Source of the DNA: Paraspadella gotoi
Lineage: Eukaryota > Animalia > Chaetognatha
Direction of reading: 5' to 3'
Length of the DNA stretch: 64,000 nt
Assembly (NCBI GenBank): GCA_051294375.1
Contig: CM119269.1
Span: 15,697,918-15,761,917 of the forward strand
Made by a program: the position numbers and the translations under genes. The notes beneath the pieces were generated by a model. That model saw only the letters and a list, made by a program, of their open reading frames with translations, did not search any database and was not told where the DNA came from. How positions within the stretch are numbered: position 1 is the first letter of the stretch; each line of letters starts with the position of its first letter. Of the stretch, positions 1 to 13,452 are shown in pieces.

Positions 1-3000
1 CCTTTTCGATCTCTATCATCGATGAGTCAAGATAATTGCGATACATATACGTTTCGCATGCGTCTTAAAACCAGACGATCCTCCTTGATAAAGAAGACGA
101 GGAGAGAAGAGATGCGGTTTGTCGGTCATTTTTGCGGACAGTCAGTCGTTCTATATCCGCTCGTTTTGACGTCGTCTTCGATTTGTGACGTCAAGAGAAG
201 AGAGGAGAAATATAGAGGATTGCAGAGAGAGAAGAGAGAGAGAGAGTGAGAGAAGTATCAAAGTCCCTGGTTTTTTAAATTCCCTCCCTTTTGCTTTTTT
301 GTTAACCGGTACTTTCTATCGCAGCGAGGTTGGAGTGAGTCAAATTCTTCGTCGTCAGTTTATTGTTCTTCCTCAAATTCATTCGTAAACATTTTAAGAA
401 TATGGGATCTTCGTCAGCTCGGGTGCATTATCGTCGACGTCGGTTAAGTTTGTCGTCTTAACGTTTTAGTGCGGTCTTCGTGTCCTGTCTCAAATATTTT
501 CTAAAGAGAACGAATTAGAAGGGAAAGGTCTAACGACGTTCCAATCATACGTAACGAAATACCTCTTACAGTAGTTCTTATCTCTTCCCTCCGTTTCTCC
601 ATTATGAAACTATCGATCGATTTAAATTTGAGACTCGGTGTGATCCTCCTTTGTTGTGTTGTTCGTCTCCGTTTTTCCTGAATTGAAATATCATAACCAA
701 ACCAAGGACATTTCATTATCAAATATCAGTCAAGGAACCGTGCCTACGTACAGTCCCGAAAGGGGCCCCCATCTGCTGGTTCTCTGCAATTGCAGAACAA
801 AACATACCCACCTCCTATCTCCTGTACCACCGCGCTCAACTTCGACTACGTACTCCGATCTCCTCTCCATTTCTAATCTGGCCTACCCCCAACCCCGCTC
901 TAAAAACCACAAAATTGACGATGAACAATCGGTAACCCCATCTTGCTAAGATTTCCCGTAAACGTCTTAGTCTGCCATTCTTTTCATAAAAATGATATCC
1001 CCGAGGGTTCGTGGCGCGAGAAGAAGAAATAAACGGCCTACCGAGTCGGATTGAAAAAACCTAAAGTTTCTGAACTGAATTTTCTAACGCTGACTCCTCA
1101 ACTAAAACTAAACTTAGTAAAAGACTGAGCCATTCAAATCTCCAGTTGTCTGCGATTCCCGTTTGGTTTAGTCTCCTTAATTAGTGTTTATATTCGGAAG
1201 CGCTCCCGTTGTTCTAGCACGCGATACCTAGAATAGCGGATCAATGCGCAGTCCATATAATATATCATAGAAACTCATTGTCCGTGTCGATGATTTCTGA
1301 AGATACTGACAGTGGAATTGGACTCCCCCAATTTCCATATCGCCCGCGTTGCTAACGAAAGTAATAAGTCCAATAAAAGGTCTTGACTAAAAAATATAAC
1401 TGCAGATAACAAACCACAGCCCGCTCTGGCTGTCTGAATAGCTTGATTATTTAGAACTACCCACTCCTTATGCTCTTAGTTCTAGATTTTTCTTTTGCAA
1501 GGGTACCTTATTTCTACCCGTTGTGCTATATTGTAATTAAGTGTTGCCCAAATAAAAATATACAAGCGATCATGCCACTGGATTAATTCGCGATTCTGTT
1601 AGGGTTAGAACCTATCTTTTTAAGCAAAGCATTCGTGAACTTCAGATGCACAGATTAAAAATTGGAGAGAGACAGAAGGATACACGGAAAATAGAGAACG
1701 GAGTGACCACAAATGTGACTGCCACTTAACCGAAGACGGATTAACCCGTCCAACCCGAATTTTTAAGAATCGTCCCAATGAAATTCCCGAGAGAAATAGT
1801 AGAAAAGTGCGCGGAAGCACAAGAAAAGAACGAAAAGGAAAGAAAAAGACGAGGAGCCTGAAAGACAAATAAAATACTCAAAATATAAATATAATTAGAA
1901 AGAAACTGATTTAACAAAGAAAGAGATGAGGGGGAAGGGGGCAAAACGCCAAGTGGAAACCCGAACAGGGGGTTAAAAGAGAGCCGTGTTCCGGGAGTAT
2001 TCACACCACCTTCACGCAATACCCACCTACTCTCCCTGTTCATGACCATAATTTACTACACAATACTTTAATTCCCACCTTCACTCATAAATCTAAATGT
2101 TTAGATGGCTATTAAATGGCAATATCATATATCAGAGAGCACCGTCGGTAGTCCCCCCGTTTTTTTTATTTCTTACCCCTCGCAGCCGGGTGAACAACGC
2201 CAGTGACTGAAGGCGTTTCACTGAGGGTCGGAAGCCCCCAAAAGCCAACTGCTGAGAATTGTCCCATTTCTCGCAATGTGTTCGAAGCCAGTCATGCTGG
2301 TTCAATAAGCAAGCCCCCTGCGCCCGTCCGATTAACGCGGCACTCCGGATAACTTCTTTTTGTTTTTAGAAACGGAACAAATAAATATACAGAACAGGCA
2401 CTAGATAAAACTAAACATAACCTTGCTAATAAGGCACACCCGTCCCTCCTCTTTTTGTGGACCGTTATGCCAAACAAATCACAATAAATTTCGCGCGCCA
2501 ACGAGCATGATAAACAACAACACGCGTTGGCTTCTGTGACCGCACGCCACCCTGTGTTTCTTCTTCTCTCTCTCTCTCNNNNNNNNNNNNNNNNNNNNNN
2601 NNNCGACCATGAAATTGATAAACATTCATAAATATTGATAAAAATGGATAAATATTGTACAGAGATGGTTGGCGGGAACACGGTTTTTTTCCCGTTCCGT
2701 TCACTTGTCCCCCCCTCCCTCACTTTCATGTCTCAATTTATTTCTCAGCTTTTTTTTTTTCTGTCGCGATTTATTCTCTCGGAATTTCATTGGACGATTC
2801 TAAAAAATCCGTTGACGTAATTGGTTAAGTGCACATTTGTGGTCACTTATTTGTGTCACTTAATTGATCTGAAGTAGACTATCCTCTTGCCAGCAACGAA
2901 ACGACTCTAAGAATTAGAACCAGGCTTGGGGTCTAATCAAGCTCCCAAGGTGATTATTTCACTGGGTCACGACTGNNNNNNNNNNNNNNNNNNNNNNNNN

Positions 3001-4211
3001 ACTCGCGCGTACGAGCTGAAGGCAAAGGGTCTATCGGCGGGTTGCACTCAGCATACAAAGGAAATGAAACCAAACGGGGAATCCAACACTGTGCAATGCT
3101 GTTACTAAGGTTTAGTTAGTTAGTTAGTTAAGTGTAGTTAGTTTCATCGTGAGGCGTTTATTTCCGCCACGGGAACCCGGGGACGAAAGAGAATGGCATT
3201 TAATTAGGAACTAAATGGTCGTTACCTGTTCGTCATTGTGGTTTTTTTAGGGGGTTGGGGTAGTGAGATAGAATGGGGGGAGGAATCGGGGCGTAGGAAG
3301 TGCGGGGCACGGCGGCAAGGGGGGTATGTTTGTGAGAGAACGTCTGGGCCCTCGAGCGTTAGATTAAAAGCCTCTTCGTTTTCAATTTCGAACTCGCCTT
3401 TGATTTTATATTAAAATGGAGAACGAGGGAGCAAGGAAAATTATTATTCAAGTCTTTTTCCCTCTTTTTAATGAGGATCCCCATTCTTCCTTTCCCCCTC
3501 GCGCGAATCGTAAACGAACGCGACTAAAAAACAGTTCTTCTCTTGTCTCTCTCTTCGCTCTCTCTCTTCTCTCTCTCTGCTCTCTCTCCTCTCTCTCTCT
3601 CTCTTATCAAGATCTTTTTGCGGTTTTTTCTGTCTCTTTCATCCTTCTCCTCTTCCGGTCATTTTTATTTGCATTTCTATTGTTATTTTAGTTAATTCTC
3701 TTATTTCTTTTTTTACCGCTTTTTAGTTGGCTATAGATATATGGGAATAGTTTTGTTGTTTAATCGTCCAAAAAAACACTTGTTCGGTCGGTAGACAAAT
3801 AGTAAACATTTTTGGAATTTTCCTCATTCCTAGCTTTCAGTTGATACCCTCATTACACTGTTATGAGCTCATTTTATCTGGACGCAGTTGCCAAAATATA
3901 GTGAAATTGTACAACCAAGTATAAGAAAATTATCCATCATTTAATTAAATAAGTATCTTTGCCCCTGGACTTGGACAGGCCTTTTGCGTGGCTTTATTTA
4001 TTTATTATTTTATATTTATTTCATTTGGGGCCGCTACAAAGAAACCGAATTAATTAAAATCTATTCCTAATATATTAGTAATATATTTTTCTCTTTCATG
4101 CAAAATTCCATTAGATAATATTTAAAGAGAAAGTTCAAGAGAGATTAGAAAGAGACAAGAGTGAGAGAGAGGAAGAACAGAGAGGCAGAGAAAAAAAAGG
4201 AGAAATAGACG

Positions 4212-4244
<33 letters not shown>

Positions 4245-4356
4245 TGAGAGAGGAGAGGATAGGGACCCTGCCCAATCTAATATTATATTATTATACAATA
4301 TTAAGATGTATACAATGTATTACAATGTATTACATTATGACAATGTATGAAATTAA

Positions 4357-5020
4357 GCCGTAGTGAAACGTTTACATACGAAGATTCTAAAAGTCAATTA
4401 TGAACAACATACCATCGAATGACATTATTTTTGTAAAAAAAAAATTATTTTTTGTTTTTTTAATTTTCGCAGTAGCGCTATATTTATATATAGTACTATC
4501 TTTATAAATTCGGAAAAAAATTTTTTCCCCAAAAACAGAAATTTTAGGGGGGGGGGGGCTTTTCGTTAATTTTGATGGCAGATTTGAATTTCCTCGTTCA
4601 AAGTTGATAATGAAAAAAATATAAATTCATTTTTAAATTCTTAAATAATCATTAGTGGGTTAAAAATTAAAAAAAGCTATATTTAATATATAAAAAATTA
4701 ATTTTCAGCTTAAAATATAGCTTTTTTCTAATTTTTGACCTACTTAATGAAGGAATTTTTTCAAAAAGATGTTAGTATTGCTTTTTATCAACTTTTTATG
4801 AGGAATCTAAAACTGCAAAAAATCTTAGAAAACAACTGTTTTGACATCTTTTAAACATGTATTGCGTAAGTACTAGTATAAATATGGCCTACTGCGTAAA
4901 TTGTAAAATTTATTTTAAATTTTTTATTACATTAAATGCAATATACATTGAGTATAATGTTGTTCGTTCCTCCTTTTAGAATTTTTAATTAAAGTTAAAT
5001 TTATAAATATTTACTACGCC
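4357..5020. mobile_element. 664-bp foldback MITE with TTAA target-site duplication (Kolobok/piggyBac-type non-autonomous DNA transposon)
   Basis: TTAA|gccgtagt...actacgcc|TTAA. Imperfect inverted symmetry runs along the whole element: attctaaaag, gaacaacat, cgcagtag..tatatttata..agtact, and central arms cattagtgggttaaaaattaaaaaaagctatattt vs aaatatagcttttttctaatttttgacctacttaatg. Confidence 0.75.
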
Positions 5021-8000
5021 TTAAATGTATAATGGTATATCTCCTCTGCGCTCTTCCTCATTGTAATCCATTTTTTTTTCTTTCACCAATCCATCTTCTA
5101 ATCCAGTTCTTCTGACCCGGCTTTCTCTCTCTCTCATCTCTCTCTCTTCTCTCTCTCTCTCTCTCTCTACTCTCTCTCTCTCGTTCTTCACTCTCTCTCA
5201 CTTTCTCTTCCTGGTCCAATTCCCTGAATCATCCTCTTCATCATTTTCTATTTGGGTTCTTTCCAGTTTTCCTCCCGATGCTTTTTTTGCCCAAGTTTCT
5301 CTTTTTTCTTCGCTTAATCGTCTTCTGCCGAACCATTGTTTAGGCGATGTTCTCTTCTCTCTCTCTGCTTTCTCTCTCTCTCTCTCTCTCGTCTCTCTCT
5401 CTCTTCTCTCTTCTCTCTCGTCTCTCTCTCTGCTCTCTTTCTCTCACTCTCTTGACCTTTCTCAGTGTTTTCTTTCTTCCCTTATTTCTTCTTTCCTTCC
5501 ACTTAGCGCGCACCCTTTCCCTCTTGCCTCTCCTCTACTTCTTCTTTTTATTTCCTCCATTCTTCCCCTCGCAATCAGATCCACCTTCTCGGTTTCACTT
5601 GTGTCGTTTCTAATTGGCAGAGCTGTGCTGGGTCGTAGGTTGGAAAAAAAAAAATTTGGTTGCAGATAATACAAAAATCTAAAAAAAAGGATTTTAATTA
5701 TATAAATTCAATTTAGATTAGAGTACTTTTTAAATCGTGGTCTCGTCGAGATTTTCCTGTTCTGGTCACAACCGTTTATCTTTTGAATTTCCGTATCTAA
5801 AATTTTAATTAGTTATTTTTTACTCATGTCGTTCATTCTCGCTTTGAATCATTTTTGTGTTTGGTGCATTGATTTTATTTATCGATTTTATTTTTTTAAT
5901 TCAATGCGTTTTAATGAGAGCGCTGTTTAATTTTTTAATACTGTTTTGAATAAGAGGAAAAAACAGACGTAAGGCGTAAAAATAAAAAAAAAAATGATAG
6001 CAGTGACTTATGCATATTGAATTTTTACAGTAGCTTTATTTCCTGAAAAAAAAAAATTTTCTTCCGAGTTCGCAAAGCAGACTGTAGGGTTCCTCTACTG
6101 TTTCGTCGATCAGATTCGCCGGAGGGCATAGGACCTCTCGACGACAGCAGGTTGCCTCGAGGGGCGTGTGCCTCTCGCGGATGCGCCACACAGAGATCGA
6201 CGGGGATGGCCGACGGCTTACGGACAAAATCGGACCTCAAATCACCATTTTGCGTTGTATTGTTAACGCGTCACGCCGGCGGAGGGGGGTGAGGGTGGTT
6301 AAGGGGGAGTTCAACGAGAGGGGGAGGCAAAGATTGTGCTGGGGATGTTTAGTTGTCAGACGCTCTCGATGTTAGGCGTCGTCGTCGTCGTCGTTCGTGC
6401 GTCGTTCGTCGCCCCCGGAAATCCGGGAAACCAGCGGGTTTGGCCCTTCCATTCTCCGCCCTTTCCCGTTGTACAGCTGCAGAGCTCACTAGCCTTCTGT
6501 AAAGTTCCCGACTTTAATCCTCGAAAAAAAAAACCATTATCTGTTTTCAAAGAGTTTGCGATCAACCAACCCCTGGTCCCCAGGAGGTCCCCACCAGTCG
6601 CCACCACGTTACCACACTAGTCTCTCCGGCTTAACTTAATGACGAAAAAATTGAAAAAAATTTCTTATTTAATGGACAAAAAGACATAAAAGTTTCTAGT
6701 TTTTTCGAGTTTTGCCGCGAGAATGCTCGCGACGCCATTGGTAGTTTACCGACCGACTGGATTGCAATCAAACGCCCGACCGATCGATGCGGAACGAGCG
6801 AGCTGACCAGCGGAGCCGTGGCTTAACAAGTGATGCGACCGATGTCGACCACTGACGACCGATGTAGATTGACCAACGACCGACTGATCGAATTGAACGA
6901 TCGAACGCGACCGCAGGCTGACTCCCCGGATCGACCTTCCGTACCGACGATCGAACGACCGACCGAATCACGACCCCGAGCCGGACCGACCGCAGCGGCA
7001 AATGGAAGGTTCGAGTGCGTGCGTCGATATTTTTCTCGTGTCGTTTATTCGTCATCGCTACCCCGATTTCTTCGGAATTATTCTCGTTTTCAACGTTCGG
7101 TTTTCGAATGTTGTTTTGTGTACCGTCTATCCAGTTCACGATATCAATTGGTGGACGCCGTCGTCAGGTAAGAAGTCGAGTGTTCTCGTTAACCGTGCAG
7201 TGCCCCATTCGTTGATTTGTCCCGCGTTGTTTATGTGCGCCCGAGTACGTCGCAGAGCAAACTCTTATAAGTCACTTGTGAGTCGGTCGAAGTCCGGTCT
7301 GTTAGTCCGTCGGGTCTTAAAACTGTTCAAGTATAAGGAGAGCGTGCTGTGCGCCGGCCTTGCAGGCAAATCCAAAACGTAGTAGGGAGAATAAGCAAGG
7401 ACGTTTATTCCCACTGGCCAGTGCCGTGTCTAATACACGTGCTAAGAAAGTATTTTATCATGTAGTCAAATAAACTCATGTCACGTCTATATCCACGTAT
7501 GTGCATGTCATGTCACGGAGAAATACACGGTGATAGAACATTTGAATTAGCCGGTTCTTTTAAACAGATAATGACGTCATCCCGCTATCGTCTTTTGTCG
7601 TTAGTAACTCGCATAGAAACATGCCATAGTAAACGACCGTTACTAGGTTACTTATGTTCTACTATGTTCGTTGCATCTGTCTTCATCTGTCGTCGTCGTC
7701 TGTCTTCAGCGTACTTCGTTCGTTTTTCCTCAAAAAGTAAAAGTTGGAACGAAATTTCTGACAAAAGATTTCGCGGAAAAATTTATGATCGACAATGGAA
7801 GTTCTCGCACGGTCTGGACCCTTTTTGGTGAACTCGACGCTCGCCGCCTGGTCACGAACTGTCAAAGTCGGATGCCTACGTAGTCGCCTTCAGTTCTCAC
7901 CCCATCGATAACTTTAACTTACCGCTAAACAGTTAACCCACGTTTTCTTTCTTCCTCTTATGCACGAATATTTTTATTTTGCCTCCCATTCAACTTTTTT

Positions 8001-8446
8001 TTTTGCTCTTTCGACCGTTTACTGCTTATCAAGGCTAATGTTGCGATTTTTACGAATCTGTTCAACAAAAATCGTTTTATCTTCTCTCTCTCTCCTCTCT
8101 CTCTTCTCTCTCTTCTCTCTCACACAAGCCTTACCCCGATCCTTATTTTACCACGAGACAATTTAATGTTCACAGTTAGGATCTCTCTCCGTAATTAAAA
8201 GCCTCTCGTTTTCAATTCGAACTCGCCTTTGATTTTATATAAAATGAGAACGAGGGAAGAAGGAAAATTATTATTCAAGTCTTTTCCCTCTTTTAATGAG
8301 GATCCCCATCTTNNNNNNNNNNNNNNNNNNNNNNNNNNNNNNNNNNNNNNNNNNNNNNNNNNNNNNNNNNNNNNNNNNNNNNNNNNNNNNNNNNNNNNNN
8401 NNNNNNNNNNNNNNNNNNNNNNNNNNNNNNNNNNNNNNNNNNNNNN

Positions 8447-8483
<37 letters not shown>

Positions 8484-9044
8484 CAAGAGCTTTTGGTTTT
8501 CTGTCTCTTTCATCCTTCTCCTCTTTGGTCATTTTTATTTGCATTTCTATTGTTTATTTAGTTAATTCTCTTTTTACTTTTTTTACCGTTTTTATTGTAT
8601 AGATAATAAGGGAATAGTTTTGTTGTTTAATCGTCCAAAAACACTTGTTCGTCGGAGACAAATAAAAACATTTTTGGAATTTGCCTCATCCTAGCTTACA
8701 GTTGATACCCTACATACACTTATGAGTCATTTTATCTGGACGCAGTTGCCAAAATATATGAAATTGGTACAACCAATATAAAAATTATCCATTCATTTAA
8801 TAAATAAGCTATCTTGCCCCTGACTTTGGACAGGCTTTGGTGGTTTATTTATTTATTTATTTATTTATTCATTCTGGGGCCATACAAAGAACCGAAATTA
8901 ATAAAATCTATTCCTAATAATATTAGTAATATATTTTTCTCTATTCATGCAAAATTCCATAAGAAAATTAAAGAGAAAGTTCAAGAGAGAGAGAAAGAGA
9001 AAGAGTGAGAGAGGGAAGACAGAGAGAGAGAAAAAAAAGGAGAA

Positions 9045-9084
<40 letters not shown>

Positions 9085-9193
9085 GAGAGGAGAGGATAGG
9101 GACCCTGCCCAATCTAATATTATATTATTATACAATATTAAGATGTATACAATGTATTACAATGTATTACATTATGACAATGTATGAAATTAA

Positions 9194-9857
9194 GCCGTAG
9201 TGAAACGTTTACATACGAAGATTCTAAAAGTCAATTATGAACAACATACCATCGAATGACATTATTTTTGTAAAAAAAAAATTATTTTTTGTTTTTTTAA
9301 TTTTCGCAGTAGCGCTATATTTATATATAGTACTATCTTTATAAATTCGGAAAAAAATTTTTTCCCCAAAAACAGAAATTTTAGGGGGGGGGGGGCTTTT
9401 CGTTAATTTTGATGGCAGATTTGAATTTCCTCGTTCAAAGTTGATAATGAAAAAAATATAAATTCATTTTTAAATTCTTAAATAATCATTAGTGGGTTAA
9501 AAATTAAAAAAAGCTATATTTAATATATAAAAAATTAATTTTCAGCTTAAAATATAGCTTTTTTCTAATTTTTGACCTACTTAATGAAGGAATTTTTTCA
9601 AAAAGATGTTAGTATTGCTTTTTATCAACTTTTTATGAGGAATCTAAAACTGCAAAAAATCTTAGAAAACAACTGTTTTGACATCTTTTAAACATGTATT
9701 GCGTAAGTACTAGTATAAATATGGCCTACTGCGTAAATTGTAAAATTTATTTTAAATTTTTTATTACATTAAATGCAATATACATTGAGTATAATGTTGT
9801 TCGTTCCTCCTTTTAGAATTTTTAATTAAAGTTAAATTTATAAATATTTACTACGCC
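9194..9857. mobile_element. Second copy of the 664-bp TTAA-flanked foldback MITE (inside the tandem duplication)
   Basis: Same sequence and same TTAA flanks (9190-9193, 9858-9861) as 4357-5020. Confidence 0.75.
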
Positions 9858-9954
9858 TTAAATGTATAATGGTATATCTCCTCTGCGCTTTCTCCATGTT
9901 AAACCATTTTTTTTTCTTTCACCAAATCCATCTTTTAATCCAGTTCTTCTGAAC

Positions 9955-10001
<47 letters not shown>

Positions 10002-10227
10002 CTCTCTCTCTCTTCTTCACTCTCTCTCACTTTCTCTTCCTGGTCCAATTTCCCTGAATCTCCTCTTCATCATTTTCTATTTGGGTTCTTTCCAGTTCCT
10101 CCCGATTGCTTTTTTTGCCCAGAGTTTCTCTTTTTTCTTCGCTAATCGTCTCGCGAACATTGTTTAGCGATGTTCTCCTCTCTCTCTGCTTTCTCTCTCT
10201 CTCTCTCTCTCGTCTTCTCTCTCTTCT

Positions 10228-10268
<41 letters not shown>

Positions 10269-11105
10269 ACCTTTCTCATTGTTTTTCTTTCTTCCCTTAT
10301 TTCTTCTTTCCTTCCACTTAGCGCGCACCCTTTCCCTCTGCCTTCCTCTACTTTTCTTTTATTTCCTCCATTCTTCCCCGTCGCAATCAGATCCACCTTC
10401 TCGGTTACACTTGTGTTTCGTTCTAATTGGCAGAGTTTAAAAATTTTTTTTGAGATAATAAGAAAAATCTAAAAAAAAAGGATTTTTATTTAATTTAATT
10501 CAATTTAATTAATTATTTAAGTTCGCGAGATTTTTTTTGTTCAAAGTTATCTTTGAAATTTCCTATTAAATTGTAATATATTTGTACTTCATTCGTTCAT
10601 TCTCGCTTTGAATCATTTTGTTTGTGCATTGATATTTTTTATTTATTATTTTATATTTTTTTTAATTCATCGTTTTATGAACGCTTTTATTTTTTAATAC
10701 TTTTTTGAATAAAGAAAAAACAGACTAAGCGTAAAATAAAAAAAAATGATAGCAGTGACTATGATATTGAATTTACAGTAGCTTTATTTCCTGAAAAAAA
10801 AAGTTTTCTTCCAGTTCGCAAAGCAACTTTTAGGGTTCCTCTCCTTTTCGTCGATCAGATTCGCCGAGGGCATAGACCTCTCGACGACAGCAGGTGCCGA
10901 GGGCGGGTGCCTCTCGCGGATGCCCACACAGAGATCCGACGGCGGATGCCGACGGCTTACGACAAAATCGACCCTCAATCACCATTTGCGTTTATTTTAA
11001 GCGTCACGCCGGCGGAAGGGGGGGGTGGGAGGTAAGGGGGAGTTCAACGAGAGGGGGGAGCAAAGATTGTGCTGGGGATTTTAGTTGTCAAACGCTTCGA
11101 TTTAG

Positions 11106-11136
<31 letters not shown>

Positions 11137-11452
11137 TGCCCCGAAATCCGGGAAACCAGCGGGTTTGCCCTTACATTCTCCGCCCTTCCCTTGTACAGCT
11201 GCAGAGCTCACTACCTTCTTAAGTTCCCGACTTTAATCCTCGAAAAAAAAAAACCATTATCTTTTTCAAAGAGTTTGCGATAACCAACCCCTGGTCCCCA
11301 GAGGTTCCCACCAGTCGCCACCAGTTACCACACTAAGTCTCTCCGCTTAACTTAATTTGAAAAAAAAATTGAAAAAAATTTTATTAATGACAAAGACATA
11401 AAAGTTTCTAGTTTTCGATTTTTTCGCCTAGAATCTCCGACGCCATGGTAGT

Positions 11453-11672
11453 TTACCGACCGATGGATCAATCAAACGCCCGACCGATCAATCGGAACGA
11501 GCGACTGACCCAGCGACCGTCTTAACAACTGATCGACCGACTGACCGACCGATAGATTGACCAAACGACCGACTGATCAATTGAACGATCGACCGACCCA
11601 CTGACTCCCCGATCGACCTTCCTACCGACCGATCAACCGACCGACCGAATCACGACCGACCGACCGACCGCA
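11453..11672 (+). repeat. Degenerate (CCGA)n/(ACCG)n tetranucleotide repeat (noisy copy at ~6745-6990)
   Basis: Repeated accgaccgat/cgaccgaccgaccg units. Confidence 0.7.
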
Positions 11673-12689
11673 GCGGCAAATGAGGTTTCGATGCGTGCGT
11701 GCGATAGTTTTTCTCTTGTCGTTGTTGTTATTCTCATCCTACCCCATTTCTTTCGAATTTTATTCTCGTTTTTGTCAACTTTCTTGTTTTCGAATGTTTT
11801 TTTTACCTCTATCCATTAGATATCAATTTGGTGACGCCGTCGTCAGTAAAAAGTCGATGTTCTCGTAACCGTCATCCCCATCGTTATTTTCGCCTTGTTT
11901 AGTTGCGCCGCGAGTACTCGCAGAGCAACTCTATAAGTCACTTTTTAGTCGGTCAGTCGGTCTGTTAGTCCGTCGGTCTAAAACTTTCAATATAAGAGAC
12001 TGCTTGCGCCGCCTTCAGGAAATCCTAAAACTATAGAGAATAAAAGACGTTATTCCCATGCAGTGCGTGTCATAAATACACGTGCTAAGAAAGTATTTGT
12101 AGTCATGTAGTCAAATAACGTCATGTCACGTCATATCACGTCATGTCATGTCATGTCACGAGAAATACACGTGATAAGACATTTGAATTACCGTTCTTGT
12201 TAAAACAGATAATGACGTCATCCCTATCGTCTTTGTCGTTAGTAACTCGCATAGAAACATGCATAGTAACACGTTACTACGTTACTATGTTCGTACTATG
12301 TTCGTTGCCATCGTCTTCATCGTCGTCGTCGTCGTCTTCAGCGTCGTCGTCGTTTTCCTCAAAAAGAAAAGTGGAACGAAATTCTGACAAAAGATTTCCG
12401 GAGAAAATATATCGACAAGGAGTCTCGCACGGTCTGACCCTTTTTGAGTGAACTCGACGCTCGCCGCCTGTCACGAACTGTCAAAGTCGATGCGCTACGT
12501 AGTCGCCTTCAGTTCTCACCCCATCGATAACTTTAACTTACCTAAACAGTTAACCCACTTTTCTTTCTTCCTCTTATGCAGAATATTTTTTATTTTGCTC
12601 CCATTTCAACTTTTTTTTTTGCTCTTTCGACCGTTTACTGCTTATCAGGCTAATGTTGCGACTTTTTAAATCGTTAACAAAATCTTTTA

Positions 12690-12721
<32 letters not shown>

Positions 12722-13007
12722 GCCTTACCCCGATCCTTATTTTACAACGAGACAATTTAAATTTCACAGTTAGTCGTTTGTACCATCGCTCCCAACCAGG
12801 CGTCGCTCTCTCCACGACACTCCCACCGCCTGGTCCGCCAGGGCGTAGATCCTCGAGGGCGCTTCTTCAATCTTTACGCCCGAACGATTCTTAGTGAGAA
12901 AGGAATGTCCCCCCGACGATAATTCCACCTCATAAAAGCGTCATCAAGGAAAGAAAATTAGCATTGTGAATTATTCTAATTACTCAAGTTATAAATTACG
13001 TTTCCGG

Positions 13008-13059
<52 letters not shown>

Positions 13060-13452
13060 CAAGAAAAATCACGACTCGGTCCGGGAGACTTTTTAGCTTT
13101 GCCTCCGATTACCATCTATTTCTCCAATTTCACCAACTTCCGCTTAATTCTATTTCGACTTTTTTTTCCGACTTTTTTACTTATGTACAATTTTTTTTAA
13201 CTTTTCCTTTTAACATTTTATCTCAACATTAAAATTTTTACTCTCTATTTGATACTTTATGAGATTGGTTTATCAGTTATCAGTTTATATTATTCATTGT
13301 ATAAATTTAAATAAAAGAGCGCTCCTTATTTTTTTGGTTTTTCACACTTAATTACTACTTAGGTCATTTCTCACATGTTTTTTTCATTAAGTTTCTATTT
13401 CCACCACCTTTCATATTTCTCTGCATTCTCCGTTTTCACTATTTCCTTTTTT

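Larger units (their letters stand above)
3364..12772. repeat. Tandem ~4.6-4.8 kb duplication (3364-8180 vs 8195-12772), probably an assembly re-read or haplotype duplication
   Basis: Both copies begin ttaaaagcctct..cgttttcaatt and end cacagttag and are colinear throughout. The first copy carries many extra single-base insertions typical of uncorrected long reads. Confidence 0.9.

Noticed and set aside
1-3360. Short ORFs in the first 3.3 kb
   Set aside because: No recognisable motifs or splice-consistent structure; the sequence looks like uncorrected read extension between two 25-N gaps.
5347-10472. SL/ER-rich ORFs such as SLSLSLSL and RERERE throughout the window
   Set aside because: They are translations of (CT)n/(GA)n microsatellites.
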